This document shows positions 39,030 through 50,349 of a DNA stretch of 64,000 bases, piece after piece; position 1 is the stretch's first letter; every line of letters starts with the position of its first letter. Under the pieces are notes generated by a model. That model was not told the DNA's origin. It searched no databases and saw only the letters and a program-made list of their open reading frames with translations. The stretch comes from Saccostrea echinata (taxonomy: Eukaryota): the NCBI RefSeq assembly GCF_033153115.1, contig NW_026889752.1, positions 2,728,001-2,792,000 on the forward strand. The letters are read 5' to 3'. A program made the translations under genes and the position numbers.

Positions 39030-41600
39030 AAGGGTCAAAGTTGTTGGTATCCAAAGAAAGGTCTTGTCATAAGGATTACATGTATGAAGAATGAAAGCTC
39101 TAGCATCAACTGTTCAAAAGTTATGGCCAAGGTTAAAGTTTTCCAAAAGTAAGTCAAACTCGTAGGTCAAGGTCAAAAGGTCAAAGTTGTTGGTATCCAA
39201 AGGAAGGTCTATTACAAGGATTACACTTGTGAAGTATGAAAGCCCTAGCACCAATTGTTCAAAAGTTATGGCCAAGGTTAAAGTTTGGTAAAATTTTGCA
39301 AAACTGAGTCAAACTCCAAGGTCAATGTCAAAAGGTCAAATTTGGTGGTGCCCAAAGAAAGGTATTGTCACAGGGAATACACATGTGAAATGTGAAAGCC
39401 ATAGCTCTAACCAATCAAAAGTTATGGGCAAGGTTAATGTTTTTGCGGACAAACAGACAGACAGACGGACGGACAGGGCAAAAACTATATACCCCTGAAT
39501 CTTCGATACAGGGGCATAAAAAAATCTTAAGGATTAAATCAATATTATGTATTTGGAAACAGAGAGATGATGGACTTATACTTTAATTTGAATTTTTATG
39601 TTTTCAAGTATTTGTTTACAATTTTGTTTTTTGTTTTGTACCTACTTTATTCACGTGTGTAGTAGATAATTGCATTATATCACACTCCTAGTAGATTAAA
39701 CCTTAACAGTACATGTACTTGTGATAATACCCAGATTTACCATTCTTTGATAGAATAAGCTACTTATCAGTAGTAAGTGCATGATTATTTATTTGTATTT
39801 TTCCCAAGTGGATGTGTGCTGTACTGTAAACCAACCTTTATTAGCGTGTGAGAAATATCTGCGAGTTTCGCGACATACTTTACCTGGCGAATATTAATCG
39901 CCATGAACCATTTATTTTGCTCTGTATTCATAGAGAATATTTCCTCAGTCGCGAAAATTAATCGTCGCGGAATAATTTCAAACTGACGAATCACAAATAA
40001 AAGATTTCTCGAATAATAGTTGGTATACAGTATTTTATTACTAAGTTTGTAATAAGCATAATAAAACATAGTACCCTTTTCTACATCACATCTTGTATTA
40101 GCCCTTGACCAGTATCAGCCCTCAGCCCTTCGGCCCTCTGGCTGATATTGGTGTCTCAGGCTGATACAGAATGTGATATGAAAAAGGGTATGTATTATTC
40201 TCTGTGTAAATGTAGAGGAAAAAAGAAGATTAATTCAAAACATTGTAAGTAGAAACTAAAAAAATGTTTTGTTATTAAACAGAGAGAGGGAAGAGGACAT
40301 GCCCCCACTTGGATGTACAGATATTTGTGGGTGAGGACAATTTTTTTTTTAATTTCATGATCCCCCCCCCTTTTTCCCTTTAATTTCAGATTCATTACAT
40401 TTTAGTAGTCAATAATATTCTTTGCTTTTTCATTAAATAGTCAAAGTGTCATTATAGGCTTGTCTGTATGGATTGTGCTCTTGGGGGTGAGAAGGTCCCA
40501 CCAGGAAAGTGCTATTTAGATACCATTGGTGTAGATGCCAAATTTCGAGGAAAGGGTATAGGAAAAGTTATGCTAGACGTGGCTGACGCTGATGCAAAAA
40601 GAAGGGGCTGCAAGGTATGATGATTTTTGTTTGATTTTTGTTGCAATTTTCATATGCAAAAGATTTAAAATTCAAATTTTGAATATAAAATACAGGAAGT
40701 ACTGCTGTATGAATTTTATATTTCATTTATTGACACTTCTTGAATCTTAATCAATAAATGCATTCTCCAAAAGTATCTAAAACATGTTTCCTTTGAAAAA
40801 AAAAATAAAAATGTTGCAATAGAAGATGGTTACATAAACTATCTGTAAATTTTTAAAGTCTTCACATATCTTAATTATATATATTATTTGCAAACATTCA
40901 TGAAGTAATTTGCTTTCACATCTCAAATTTTATCATTATTGCGCATTGTTCTTCCTCGCAGGCAATTTACCTTAAGGTGGCCTCTAACAATCGGGCCAAG
41001 CACCTTTATGAGAGACATGGATATGTGGTCAAGTATAAAACCTCACGCTGCTGCTGCATGTGGTGTCAGACAGGAATCAAAGTTAGTATCTAATCAAACC
41101 TTGTTATCTCAAACTCAGTGCTGAGAACAGCTCAAGGTGTTCGATTGGGCTCAGCCATTGGCATTGGGCAATAGAACATATTGAGCCATCCCCAGCACCT
41201 TGGGAAAAATACTCTGGTCTTTTGACTGATCAGACATTAAATAACTGTATACTCTCTCGCCTAGCATGATAGAACATCAACATGATCCACCATACATGAG
41301 AATAGGTGATATTCCAAAATACTTTGAATGTGAGGAATCCATGTACACACAGTTCACAATATTTTGCATAAAACATTCAGTATAAAATAACAAGTGTCAC
41401 ATGTAGTTGAAGGTACATGTAATGTGATTGAAAATGGCTTTCCTGAGGTGAAAATGTTCAATGTCACCATTGAGAAGATGCAATATTTATATTACATCAA
41501 AATCTTCAAAAATATGGTGCAAAACTAAGTAATCATGTTTGTTTTTTTTTTTTTTTTACCTTTTTAGGAATTTACTACAGTGGAAAAGTCACTGGAGTGA
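33445..41600 (+). CDS. Cys-rich GNAT-family N-acetyltransferase, paralogue A (225 aa)
   Basis: Exons 33445-33620, 37330-37473, 40283-40330, 40458-40614, 40962-41081 and 41568-41600 (678 nt, phase-consistent). Motif A YLDTIGVDAKFRGKGIGK; motif B IYLKVASNNRAKHLYERHGY. Confidence 0.9.
34580..34787. mobile_element. TA-flanked CTGTA...TACAG MITE nested in a palindromic element (34505-34832)
   Basis: TA|CTGTAGAAGCACAAATTTTCATGGGG ... CCCCAATGAATATTTCTGCTTTTACAG|TA. Host arms GTTATTGATCTTATATTGGTGAATATTGGCAC / GTGCCAATATTCACCAATATAAGTTCAATAAC. Confidence 0.75.
35051..37298 (+). mobile_element. Helentron/HINE with a ~168-170-bp satellite array, in intron 1 of GNAT A
   Basis: 5' TTTTAGGTCACCTGAG. 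TCTTCTTCT unit marker at 35312/35481/35651/35819/35987/36155. 3' CTCAGGTGAC plus GGCCCTTGGGCC palindrome and CTTGTTT. Confidence 0.88.
38180..38512 (-). mobile_element. tRNA-derived SINE (bivalve type)
   Basis: Minus-strand B-box GGGTTCGATCCC at ~38470-38481 near the 5' end, a central core, and an AAAAACAACATACAATCGATC-type tail. Confidence 0.65.
38672..39522 (-). mobile_element. Helentron/HINE-like element with ~145-bp repeats
   Basis: GGTTAAAG unit at 38985/39131/39276, GACA/GGAC microsatellite, terminal CCCCTG..CAGGGGCATAAAA hairpin. A related decayed copy lies at ~51600-52432. Confidence 0.75.
39824..40030. mobile_element. TA-flanked MITE (CTGTAAACCAAC...GTTGGTATACAG); a related copy lies between the N gaps at 33792-33962
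   Basis: TA at 39822 and 40031; internal TTCGCGA/ATTAATCGCCGCGA motifs shared with 33792-33962. Confidence 0.7.
40072..40192. repeat. Long-hairpin palindromic element with a CTTCGG loop
   Basis: TACCCTTTTCTACATCACATCTTGTATTAGCC..TATCAGCC / GGCTGATA..GGCTGATACAGAATGTGATATGAAAAAGGGTA. Confidence 0.6.
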
Positions 41601-41713
41601 GATTGGGAACTACGATACTTAAAAAGATGTACTGTACTGGTGTCAGGAATGATTTCTAATTGACTTTTTTTCATTTGACTAATTTTAATGGATTTTTCAT
41701 TTTACATACAGTG

Positions 41714-41748
<35 letters not shown>

Positions 41749-42125
41749 TTGTATATGAATTCCTTCTGCATTCAATCAATTATTTTCTTTTATATATATT
41801 CTTTTATTGCATCCTATATTTTTAATGACATTATTTTTTTGAAGCATATAAATTCAGACATAATAATACTTTTTGTTAATGAAGAAAGGTTATTAGTACA
41901 TGAAGTAAAAATATGTACAACATATTTGTATATAGTAAGTTGACATAAATGCATTAGATAGATCTTGGAAGCGAGACTCATTGTTTGTAACTTTGAAAAC
42001 GATTTACCTAATTTAACATTTAATTGTTTGTAACTTAGAAAACTATTAATTTTTTTTCAATTTTTAAAAATGAAATAATAATGATATTGTTTTACCCATA
42101 TTGGCATATTGGAGTTCATCCGGTG

Positions 42126-42470
42126 ATATATATATATTTATCCCATGTTTACCCCTTTATCCCGTGGATATGACTCATTGGATAAATTTTTCATAATCCA
42201 CAGTTAAGTGCAGTTGTGACGTCACAATGGTTTTTGCGTTAGCATATTGAAGGAAAATAAAGTGGAGTCCTATATGAAACAGTGTAAAACATTGGTTGTG
42301 AAGTATTAAACAAGGGATAAAAAGAATCTCCCATGATTTGTAGTCGGATATGACTTTTATCCAACTCGTTGTGTGTTTTTATCCCCTCGCCAAGGCTCGG
42401 GGATAAAAAACACACAACTCATTGGATAAAAATCGTATCCAACTACAAATCATGGGAGATCCTATATATA
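42126..42470. mobile_element. TA-repeat-flanked element ending in a ~135-bp hairpin (Crypton-like class)
   Basis: Arms ATCTCCCATGATTTGTAGTCGGATA...TTATCCCC / GGGGATAA...TATCCAACTACAAATCATGGGAGAT at 42326-42460, with (TA)n at both ends. Confidence 0.6.
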
Positions 42471-45386
42471 TAAAATTATATATTACTTAAATAAAGAGTA
42501 AACTTGTAAAAAATATTTTAATCAAAACAAATTTTTACAAATAGTTTTACAAAGATGATATTTTCATATTGCTTTATATATTTCTTATAAATTTACTTGA
42601 TCTTGATCACTTTTATGCATACTCTGAAGGTATGCAGATGGACTGTGAATGTGAACTAATGTTTTATCTGATATACATTTATGTATTAGCTCTTCTTTAA
42701 TTGTAGTAAAAATGTTACTATGTTTTAGTGTTATTTTTAATTTATTTGTTCTCTATTACAATTTTCCATTTGTTCCCGTTATGCTGCCGGGTAAAAACGA
42801 TGCAGGTAGAAGTTCCCTAAAAAAGATAATGTATCCCTAAAATCAATTTTTGTAAATAAATGAAATGGTTTTAAAAAAAAAAATTATAGTGTACAATATC
42901 AAATTTTATTTCATCTCTCCAAAACACTTCTAAGTAACTGTCACAGAAACTTTAACCTCGGTCAGAGAATATAACTTATAAGGGTTTTATACTCAACTTG
43001 CGCCTAACCTGTGACAAGACATTTCGAATGCAAAACGATTTTGAACCCTTATGACCCTGACCTTGTCTTTTCATCTCTGTATTAATGTAGAACATGTATG
43101 ATTGATAAAATACAATTTTTCAGTTGTAATCCCCTTTGAAATTGCTGAAAAAATGATCATTTTTGCTGTTTTTTGTCCGTAAACATATGCCATCCCCCCC
43201 CCCCCCCCTTTGAAACAACAAAAGATTTGGTATGAATTTCTTAAATAACAATTTTAAATACCTGCAAAAAGTCAGAAATTTTCCATAAATCAATGATTTA
43301 AAAAATATTCTACGGCCATATACTGTTGCAGTTCTAGAAGTTGACCTTTAATTTCTACTATTTCAAGTACATGTATTTGTAAATTTAGTCTGGCTTGGGC
43401 ATACGAAGAACGTGCATTGTCTGTTAATATTTGTAATATTACGAATGTAGATACATGTCGCCGAACTAAGACATTTGAACAAGGATTGTGTGTTATTGGT
43501 GACACGTACAATAAATGGGCTGCAATTATCTGGAAAACAAATACACTAATTAAAGGAGCGGATCCTGGGTTTTGATAGAAGGGGCGGAGGAAGGGTATGT
43601 AAAGCACGAGTCTTTACTGAATCATCAAGTTCATGATGATTAACGCAGGTAGGTTAAGGCTTCCCGTAGAATATCACAGTGCACTCTGTGCCTTCACATC
43701 TTTGAACTACCAAAATATGACGTCATAATGGAAAATGACGTCAGGTCACTGCAAACTTGAGGTGTTATGACAGGGAGAGTGTCATGAACTTGACACTTTA
43801 TTTCAAACTGCACGTAAAATGCTAGATAGCTATTGCAAAATTCACGGATCGTTAATGGTTTTTTTAAGTTTTATATGTCCGAATATCATAAAAATACACC
43901 GCTTGCCTACCCTTGATTGAAATTTAGCATGTACAAAATGCTTATGAAAAATATACTTTTGAAATGTACTCTGTTTTATACCAGTGGTTGGAGGTAGAAT
44001 TTATTTTGTATGTGTAAAAGATTCTGGCGCAGGTGATTATTGAGGATTAATCTGACATTTTTTTTTAGGAAATATGTAAGAAGAGGTTGTTCTCTAACTG
44101 AATCTTGCTTGGGAAAAATGTCTGTTGGCTTTGTTTTAATACAGATTACGATATTGTGTGGAAAATACCCTGAAATTTGTAGGTAAGTTGAATTTCTCAG
44201 GAAATATTTTGTACCCAAGTAATACTATGACTTTTCCCAAGCACATTTCGGATTCACAAGGATACGATGAGTTTATTTATATAACAAAATGTTAAAAATT
44301 ATTGTGTTAATCAGCTGCGCCGAAGCGATTTATGTGAAACACTTCAAAAAATTATAAATGACCGTCACGTGATCAACAAAGTCATGTGATATCATAACAA
44401 AATATGTTAATATATAGCCGAGGAAACCCTTTATATAAATTGGAAGTACTAAAGCTCAATACTTATAAATTAAAACCAAAACCGACCTCGCAATGACATA
44501 TTATGTTTTGAGCGCATTTTAGAGCTTCGGGAAGCCTTAACATAGCTGCGAAATTTTCTGGACAGTAAGATAATTACAGTATTATTTAATTAATCAAAGT
44601 TACTTTACTCGTGGATAGTTTATAGCTTGACCCACAGGAAATTTCAGTGCAATGGGCGTTCAAGTTAAAAAAGGTCTTTATCCCATATGGAAGCATGAAA
44701 AATTAGTGGCTGGGATCTATTCTCTTTAGAAAAGTGGACAGGCTTTCTCTAAAGAGAATAGCTGGGATCCACTGCATACAAAGAGTGAAGTCGTACATAT
44801 ACCAAGAATTTAGTACATGTACTTGCATGCATGAAGTCCTTCTATTTAAAACGGGGTAGGATTAAAAAAGTGCAGAATATCTTAACCACTATTTCAGCAG
44901 AAGCAACAATAAGAACAGAAACAACTGAATATAAATTATAGTAAAACAATATTTCCAATTTTACCATTTTACAGAAGAATAAATTTATAATTTTCAGTAA
45001 ATACCAAAATTAATATACTTTTAAATGCACAAGGAAGTGCATACAAACAAAGCTCATTTTTGTAGGTAAAATAAGCTCGGATGGCAATTAAGGGTTTTCA
45101 ATAGTATTCCGGAAACATTTTTTCCATTTCAACTACAAGCTGTACTTTTGTTATTTTGTAAATAACCAATATATCCTGTTTGATTTCGTAGTTAAATAAA
45201 CATTTGATTTGGAACTGTTTTGCGGCTCAGTAATTCAGAAGTGCACAAGTAAGTCTTTTTTCTCTCCCACAAATATTACACAGAAAAAGTGAAAGAATAA
45301 AGAAGTGAAATTTGTTTAATTTAATATGTCTTCAAAGATTTGTTTATACATACATGTAATTGTACAGTCTGTTGTATACAGGTTAA

Positions 45387-46649
45387 ACAGGTTGGGCACA
45401 CCCCACCAAATGGTCATTTATCCCCCGTTTGGCGGACAATCTCCCATATTGGAGACGAATTTTACTGACCAAATGGTGGACTTTTTTATTCTATTCCAAT
45501 TTTTATTAAAAAAAAGCAAAAGCGCATTTACTTAGGCATTGGGGAATTTTAGTGAACATAATCATATTCCTCGCACAATAAACATAGTTTGGTCGATTTT
45601 CCATGTGCAATTTCTCCATAACTTCCTAAAAACGACACCCATAGTTGTCCGTAACAGCCGAACTTCTTGATCAATTGATAAAAAAAATTTTGATTGTGTC
45701 TAGTAGGATAAAAATTCTATTTCATCCAGTGGTGTAACTCTTGATAAGTTAAGTTTCAATCTCTTTTTGGATCTTCGTCAATATTTATTTCCATAAAATC
45801 CCGTTAAACACGAGCTCTTCATTACTTTACTGGTATGGTGGGCACATACTGCTATAAAGTTAAATTTTGCTAGACTTGAACGTAATATCTTTTGTTATTT
45901 TTCTTTTAGGATGAAGTTGCATATTCCATGCAACCTTTTGTGGTTTAATATGTATATTACTGATGAATTTAAAATATTTGATAAATAATTTTCAATAAAA
46001 GATTTACAAAGTGACTTTTGCAATTATTCTTGTTTTCGTTCAAAGTACATCATTTTAAAACAATAATTATATCATAATCTAACTTCATTTACTATTTTTA
46101 TAAAGAACAAAGCCATTACGTACAAAATAAAACGAAATAAAGGCGAAAACTTATTTTTCTTTTGATTTCCTAATTGAAAATTGACACAAATGTGCCTCCG
46201 TAGTAAAATCCGACTTTTGACCAGGTTATAAAAAGATCATCGTTTTTATTTGTTTGCATTATTTGATTGGTTGCCCGGATAATCGAAATAGAAAGTAAAG
46301 AAAATGATTGACAGGTGCAGCATCGTTGGAGAAGGAGGGAATTTTCTTTTTAAGTAAAAACAGAGAAATGTTGCACTTGTTTACGTACGTGACGTTTTTT
46401 GTCAAATTTTTGACCGACTCTGCGCAAATAATTACACGTTGAATTTCCGATTTTTTTCATTCAGAACACCGATAAATATCTATATTTTATTCCACGTGGT
46501 TTAAAATTATGCGCCATTTCACGCCATTCTATGGAAATGAACACAACCATTTTTCTCTCCCAAATGGTCAGTAAAATTTGTCTCCGATATGGGAGATTGT
46601 GCACCAAACGGGGGATAAATGACCATTTGGTGGGGTGTGCCCAACCTGT
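45387..46649. mobile_element. Non-autonomous TIR element with ~90-bp TIRs and probable TAA TSD
   Basis: ACAGGTTGGGCACACCCCACCAAATGGTCATTTATCCCCCGTTTGG... is inverted at 46560-46649. TAA at 45384-45386 and 46650-46652. Confidence 0.85.
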
Positions 46650-47934
46650 TAAATGCGTAAACAAGATAAATAAGGGTATGAAAATGTTATAGAAATTAGT
46701 CTTTTAATATACAATGTTACAATCTTTCACAAGAATTTTGATTGCATAATGCAAGGCAGGAAATATTGCTTTTTGAGGGGATACAGACAAAACCTAATCA
46801 AAGGTGTATATTATTATGATTATGATAATTGCGCAAGAGTATTTATTTTAATACGATTCTCATTTCTATGATTGTCATTTAATGGAAAGGTATGATACAT
46901 GTATATGTTTATTACATACAAAGATCGATATATTTTTTTAAAAATGTGTTTGTTTTTTTTTAATCACTCACTATTCAATTTTGTTCAAGACTTAGTGAAG
47001 AAAATGTAAAAATTGGGTGGGGTCATTTAAAAATCTTCTCAACAGTCAGGGGTGAGACTGAAATTCATCACTTTTAAAAATTATGATTTCTAGTCATAAA
47101 ATTGATTTTTAGAAATGTCTAAAAATTCATCAATTTTTAGAATAATGATGAAAAACAGTCATAACTATTTGGAGTTTATTTTACAATATCATGAATATAG
47201 AGTTACCTCTGAAAATAAATATGACTGTATAATTTCCTCATTTTTTATCATATTGGTAGGTCTGGGCGCACTTAATTATTTCATTTGTTTTATGGGGTGC
47301 ACTATTTTATTTTGGTTTCAATTGTATGTTAAGATGTTTCTCTACACATTTGCCTATTACCCCATTCATATGACGAAAATTTGCTTATATGTGCAAATTT
47401 ACACACGAGTTAATTTACACACATAAGTAAAATTTAATTTGCTTTGCGTTCAGACGAGATTTATGTACTTTAGGTAAACCCTCAAATTGTCATATAAGAA
47501 AAGGGAGATGGACAGATTCAGAATTGTGAATTTTCACAGAAAAAGGGTATTTCCTTACTATTTGGGTATAGGACTAACTTTTGGATGTTCCAGAAGGAAA
47601 CGAAGAAAAATCAGATCCGCTGACTGGCAGACCGAACCGTTCTTAACAACTTTAAGAGCAAAGATTGGTAAGAGAATTTTCGAAAAAAAGAAGGAAATTT
47701 TTTTTAAACTTTGTGAGAAGTTGGAAAATGCTTTGGTCCCGGTCCAAAGACTGTAGAAGAGCCGTTGGATGTAAAGAAAAAGGTGGCTGTTACCATCTAC
47801 TGGTTAGCGGAAAAAAGGACGATTGGAAATCTTTTTGGTGTTGGTGAAATCTAACGTGTTTGATTGTAAACATCAAGTTTGCAAGGCCATTATGGAACAT
47901 CTGCTTGAAGAACATGTGTATTTTCCAGAAGGAG

Positions 47935-48200
47935 AATGAAAATGGTGAAGATAACAAACTGTGATCGATCTCAAAAATCATTAAAAAATACAAATATGTG
48001 AAGAGGGCTCAGATCCTCTGGTAATTCCAGAGGTGGGATCAGGTGCCTAGGAGAAGTAAGCACTCCCAGTCGACCGGTCACACCTGCCATGAGACCAATG
48101 TAATGATCAGATAGACGGGACATTCCATAGTCAAATCAGTATAAAACGAAGTCCTAACAATAGGTATGAAACAAAGCAGCCAATATGACCCTGAGATAGG
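47935..48200 (-). mobile_element. Retroelement 3'-end fragment inserted in the Harbinger remnant
   Basis: GAGGTGGGATCAGGTGCCTAGGAG..GTCGACCGGTCACACC motif, which I recall as a common oyster interspersed repeat, splits the transposase remnant. Family not determined. Confidence 0.45.
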
Positions 48201-48659
48201 TTTTATTTGCTGACAATATCATAATAGTCATTATAGTCACCATAGAGTTATTTTCCGTCAGTCTCCATATTGGACATCAACAAGCCCAGATTCCTTCATT
48301 ATTCAACGATTTTAAATGTGTCATACTGGACAATGAGGCAAAGAAAACAGTTTTCCTTACGAATATATGTTAACAAAAGGTTCCTTAATTCAGAAGTTTA
48401 GATATTTAAAGATTTTTGCTCTTATATTTCTGCCATACAAGTTTAAAATTGGTTGGTCAAAGAGGAAAATTTACTAGTTTGACCCCCAAGATGGTGGCCA
48501 AGGGAAATAACTCGAAGGGGAAATACTTCATACGAAAACTATTTATTTTCAAAATGCTGACTTTAAATGAGATTGTTGACATCCATGTAACATCAACTTA
48601 TCTATCAGTATCCTGCCTCAGTTTAAAAACTGAAAAAGGGTGAAGAAAGTTATCAAGGG

Positions 48660-49080
48660 CTATAACCTGTGGTGGGGCAAATGATGCACGCATATTCCTA
48701 ACATTACTCCTAAGCATTCACATGGGAGACTACTTGAACAGGAAGGGGTTCTACTCATTGATACTGCGGTATGTTTGCGACCGCAGCTATGCCTTTAAAG
48801 ACATAAAGATGGGTTTGCCAGGAAAGGTTCATGAAGCCCGATTTTTCGCAAAATCAAAAATTTATTTCAGAGGAGATAATGGCTCCTTGTTTTCAGAGCG
48901 GAGAAAGCAATTTGAGAAAGTACACATTGTACTATGCTAGACAGTAGTACTTCTCGACGACCCAGCGTATCCTTTGTAGACTTGGCTTTTGAAGCCATAC
49001 ACCAACAGATCTACCTTTACAAAAACTAAATTCACTTTCAACTAAAGTTTAAGTAGAGCAAGAATGACCATTGAAAATCC
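48660..49080 (+). pseudogene. Harbinger (HARBI1-like) DDE transposase remnant
   Basis: DYLNRKGFYSLILRYVCD...GLPGKVHEARFF, LLDDPAYPL*TWLLKPY, FN*SLSRARMTIEN, with stops and frameshifts. The N-terminal part lies at ~47670-47930. Confidence 0.8.
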
Positions 49081-49689
49081 GCATATTTAGAGCTTTGCTT
49101 TCTAGCCGCCATGTTACCGACTGATATTTTTATCGTTTATAAATTTTATTTATTTTTTTTAAATTTTATTTTATTTTATATAAAAATATATTTTTATTTC
49201 TATTTTGTATACATAACAGTAGCAATGCTTAAAATGGAGATTGATGCAATACACAAGACGAAAAACTTACATAAGTAATTTTGCTGCATGTTCATACGAC
49301 AAAATTTACACACTGGAGCAAATAATTTGCAACAACGTGTATGCAAAAGTTAATTTGCACCTTGTCCTGACCAGGTGCAAATTTACTCAACTGTGCAGAA
49401 TTTGCATATGAGCAAATCAGTTCATACGACAAAAATTGCCTATGTAAATTTACATATGTGTAAAATATACTGAAGTATGCAAATCGTGTCGTATGAATGG
49501 GGTATATGGCAGGATAGTGCACTAAATAAATATGTTATTATTGTAGTAAATGGGTTGGACGATTAAACTTGGGAATGCAAATATGATGGAAAGAAGTCAT
49601 ATGTACAAAAATAATAAAAATATGTACATTATGTAGTTGGTAGAAATGACAATTATCAGTATCATTTTTCAAAATGATGGATATGCAGT

Positions 49690-50252
49690 CTCACCCCTAA
49701 CTGCTCAAGAAGCACTGGGTCAGAAAAGATGAAACTTAAAGAAAACTTCCCTACACAGACATAATTTTAGAATAAAGTTTGTTCAAATCATGATCACTGG
49801 GGGTAGGGTGGAGCCACTGTGGGAAAACAAGTTTTACATGGGAATTGATTATAAAAATCTTTAAAAATCTTCTTGTGAAAAGCAAAGACATGACCAATCA
49901 TATTTATAGAGAAACTTCCAAAGTTAGTGTAGATTCTTGTTTGTTCAAATTATGACACTCCCCCTCCCTACTAGTAGGATGGGGCCACAATGGGCAATAA
50001 GAATACATGTAAAAAAAAATCTTCAAAAATCTTTTTAAGACCAGGGAAACCTTGATTAGTCATATTTATAGGGACACATCCTCAGGTAGTGTAGATTCAG
50101 GTCTGTCACATTATGACCCCAGGGGGTAGGGTGGGGCTACAATTGGCAAATCAAAATTTTACATAGAAATATTTAGGTAGAAGAATCTGTTGGTGAAGAA
50201 CAAGAAGGGCAATAGTTATTCAGGTAAGCATTATGGCCCATGAGCCTCTTAT
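49690..50252 (+). mobile_element. Decayed Cg170-type Helentron remnant (similar remnants at 53336-54056 and ~62050-62950)
   Basis: GTGTAGATTC/GGGGCCACAAT monomer remnants and a 3' TCAGGTAAGC..GGCCCATGAGCCTCTT end. Confidence 0.65.
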
Positions 50253-50349
50253 TTTTAACTTTTCATAATTATATACATTATCTTTTACAGTATTTTATCT
50301 GATGGAAAGAACAAATTAATGTATTTATGCTGCATTGGATCATTGTAAA

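Larger units (their letters stand above)
47358..49504 (+). mobile_element. Decayed PIF/Harbinger transposon
   Basis: TIR TACCCCATTCATAYGAC with TAT TSD (47355-47357 and 49505-49507). Interrupted transposase remnants inside. Confidence 0.8.
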
